From contig CADCOC010000017.1 of assembly GCA_902802945.1 (NCBI GenBank), forward strand, positions 17,599 to 81,598: a DNA stretch of 64,000 nt. Direction: 5' to 3'. Source of the DNA: an uncultured bacterium. GTDB lineage: Bacteria; Verrucomicrobiota; Kiritimatiellia; RFP12; UBA1067. The notes under the pieces were generated by a model. The model was not told the origin of the DNA. It was given only the letters and a program-made list of their open reading frames with translations, and searched no databases. The first letter of the stretch is position 1, and every line of letters begins with the position of its first letter. Shown piece after piece: positions 63,901 to 64,000 of this stretch. The position numbers were made by a program, and so were the translations under genes.

Positions 63901-64000
63901 GCTTGGTGCAAACTGCGACTGGCGCGAGTTCGGCATTGTCGAAATTCCCGCCGGCGTGACGGTGAACCTTAACGGCCACACGCTTAAACTCTCGTCGTTC
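60947..64000 (+). CDS. Giant secreted repeat-module protein, 3'-truncated by the window edge (two lectin-like modules, then beta-strand repeats)
   Basis: Not in the ORF track because there is no stop before nt 64000. ATG 60947, signal CCRALAVTAVLFCSAVSAFA. Modules open YKVQYLQSSGVQHIDTG and FVDYIESTGTQWIDT. Repeated ANCDWRGLGRIVIPDGVTIDLNGHNL (about 62510) and ANCDWREFGIVEIPAGVTVNLNGHTL (about 63910). Confidence 0.85.
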   Translation, partial: MNEVVKMREKGATTCCRALAVTAVLFCSAVSAFADTYAYKVQYLQSSGVQHIDTGVVPDRNTMFRGSYEYLGTAGAKANYDMIAACAQPRYYPVSLNNASDTHARHERYVSNSDTPNQTHPYLTRHTIVFNDALHRVFVDNKYINTLTSAFTGASHTCYLFASNNNNNNAAFHSKARIYWCEFTDTATGTVLRRFIPVVDENGKPAMFDEVNERLYYNLGTGADFTAGPRKDDPWYFVDYIESTGTQWIDTEVRALAETRTDVGYKYANVTQNSLAMIGGIQSPKRYYPISLQGTSAKAERYDRGNDPGSEFKFTHPAVTDHEVIFNDSKRTVNVDGVEIATFTSFFEDSVKSMYMFAAHNVGANKADWLAKARIYHYDTYHTNGTLCAAFRPAVNASGKGCMYNGYTGKIHENGGTGDFALGRIVSPKVVLDLSARSDLAEGLKVMSFTVRPSWGTVFELDAATAATYDTEVCSDGVYLAAKGAAAAGVITVTGDTAANFAVGAMPTCSSIVLSGTVRLTANCDWRGLGRIVIPDGVTIDLNGHNLYTVGFMTLPETFATITDTSAAGSGGELHVEVAANELFTNASVPLMGSLRLVKDGAGLYLAELGGHQYAGGTEIVGGTLRMKDTMKTLGAFNNQVPAKSEVLIGANGTFDANGNNWGYHIYTLDGGILTSSRRTASNSGTVKSPFTLTADSVVSNKNFGLVCEGWNEVKVRLDGHKLRYEGLAGTDNAFFIAHTTFEDEGTLVMGSGWICTTNKTYSNIGSNLTFEQPSSHSGGVWLEAPFIVSNFVLRGAASCKGDAQLTVLNRFAPLENSTNNFPNTLLANGSTIDLSGCTGKAFNIVSKNNRRVTFPDGGTVTLDLSQRNDLADGLLVVAWDAIPSTTTFALDDVTSVDWRAVAGAEGVTLVAKGPRDIEFAEWTGAAGNGLATDPGNWMCYDFDGLEVEGAVPNATTTIRVTGTTTLPYPTGVSWGRLLLVGNVTLGANCDWREFGIVEIPAGVTVNLNGHTLKLSSF

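Noticed and set aside
50581-64000. Diversity-generating retroelement or other programmed hypervariation acting on the lectin-like modules.
   Set aside because: No reverse transcriptase gene and no template/variable repeat pair with adenine-specific differences was seen. The similarity between modules is at ordinary paralog level.

Overview
High-GC (roughly 60%) bacterial chromosomal segment. It is coded almost entirely on the + strand; I support only three minus-strand genes. The gene content is Sec/Tat-exported giant beta-strand-repeat proteins, LamG-like modules, a GH127-like enzyme and a CXXCH/beta-propeller protein. This looks like the PVC group (Lentisphaerota/Kiritimatiellota/Verrucomicrobiota-like), but that taxonomy is inference only. 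All family names come from motif recognition by eye; no database search was run.

Contents:
1. Two clusters of very large secreted proteins (1-14151 and 50581-64000). They are built from a recurring ~190-aa lectin-like module, LamG-like modules, InlB-B-repeat-like domains and PATR-like beta-strand repeats. Enzyme domains are fused or interleaved: Tat-exported metallophosphoesterases, an SGNH esterase and a C10 cysteine peptidase. Most of these proteins end in the same short tail, G-hydrophobic(4)-[K/R/Y].
2. A lower-GC accessory stretch (about 25350-36274). It holds a DUF3791/DUF3990/DUF3791-like cassette and a condensin-like Wadjet/TIGR02677-02680-type four-gene system in permuted order. That system is split by a 2.7-kb insertion encoding an ATPase-nuclease, a GIY-YIG/T5orf172-like protein, a 124-aa protein and a 43-aa SEC-C-motif microprotein.
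3. Four orphan AAA-ATPase + PD-(D/E)XK-type genes. Two of them are preceded by three direct repeats at exactly 33-bp spacing that run into the -10 box.
4. Housekeeping-like genes: tRNA-Lys(UUU), RraA-like, HIT, Gfo/Idh/MocA, a VanX-like dipeptidase, two PF12831-like FAD proteins, GH127, and a secreted barnase with barstar.
5. Several decayed genes: a 19-bp tandem duplication frameshift, internal deletions, and a deletion scar between divergent genes.

I saw no rRNA, CRISPR array, transposase, integrase or reverse transcriptase. The many long Arg/Ala-rich antisense ORFs are treated as high-GC artefacts.
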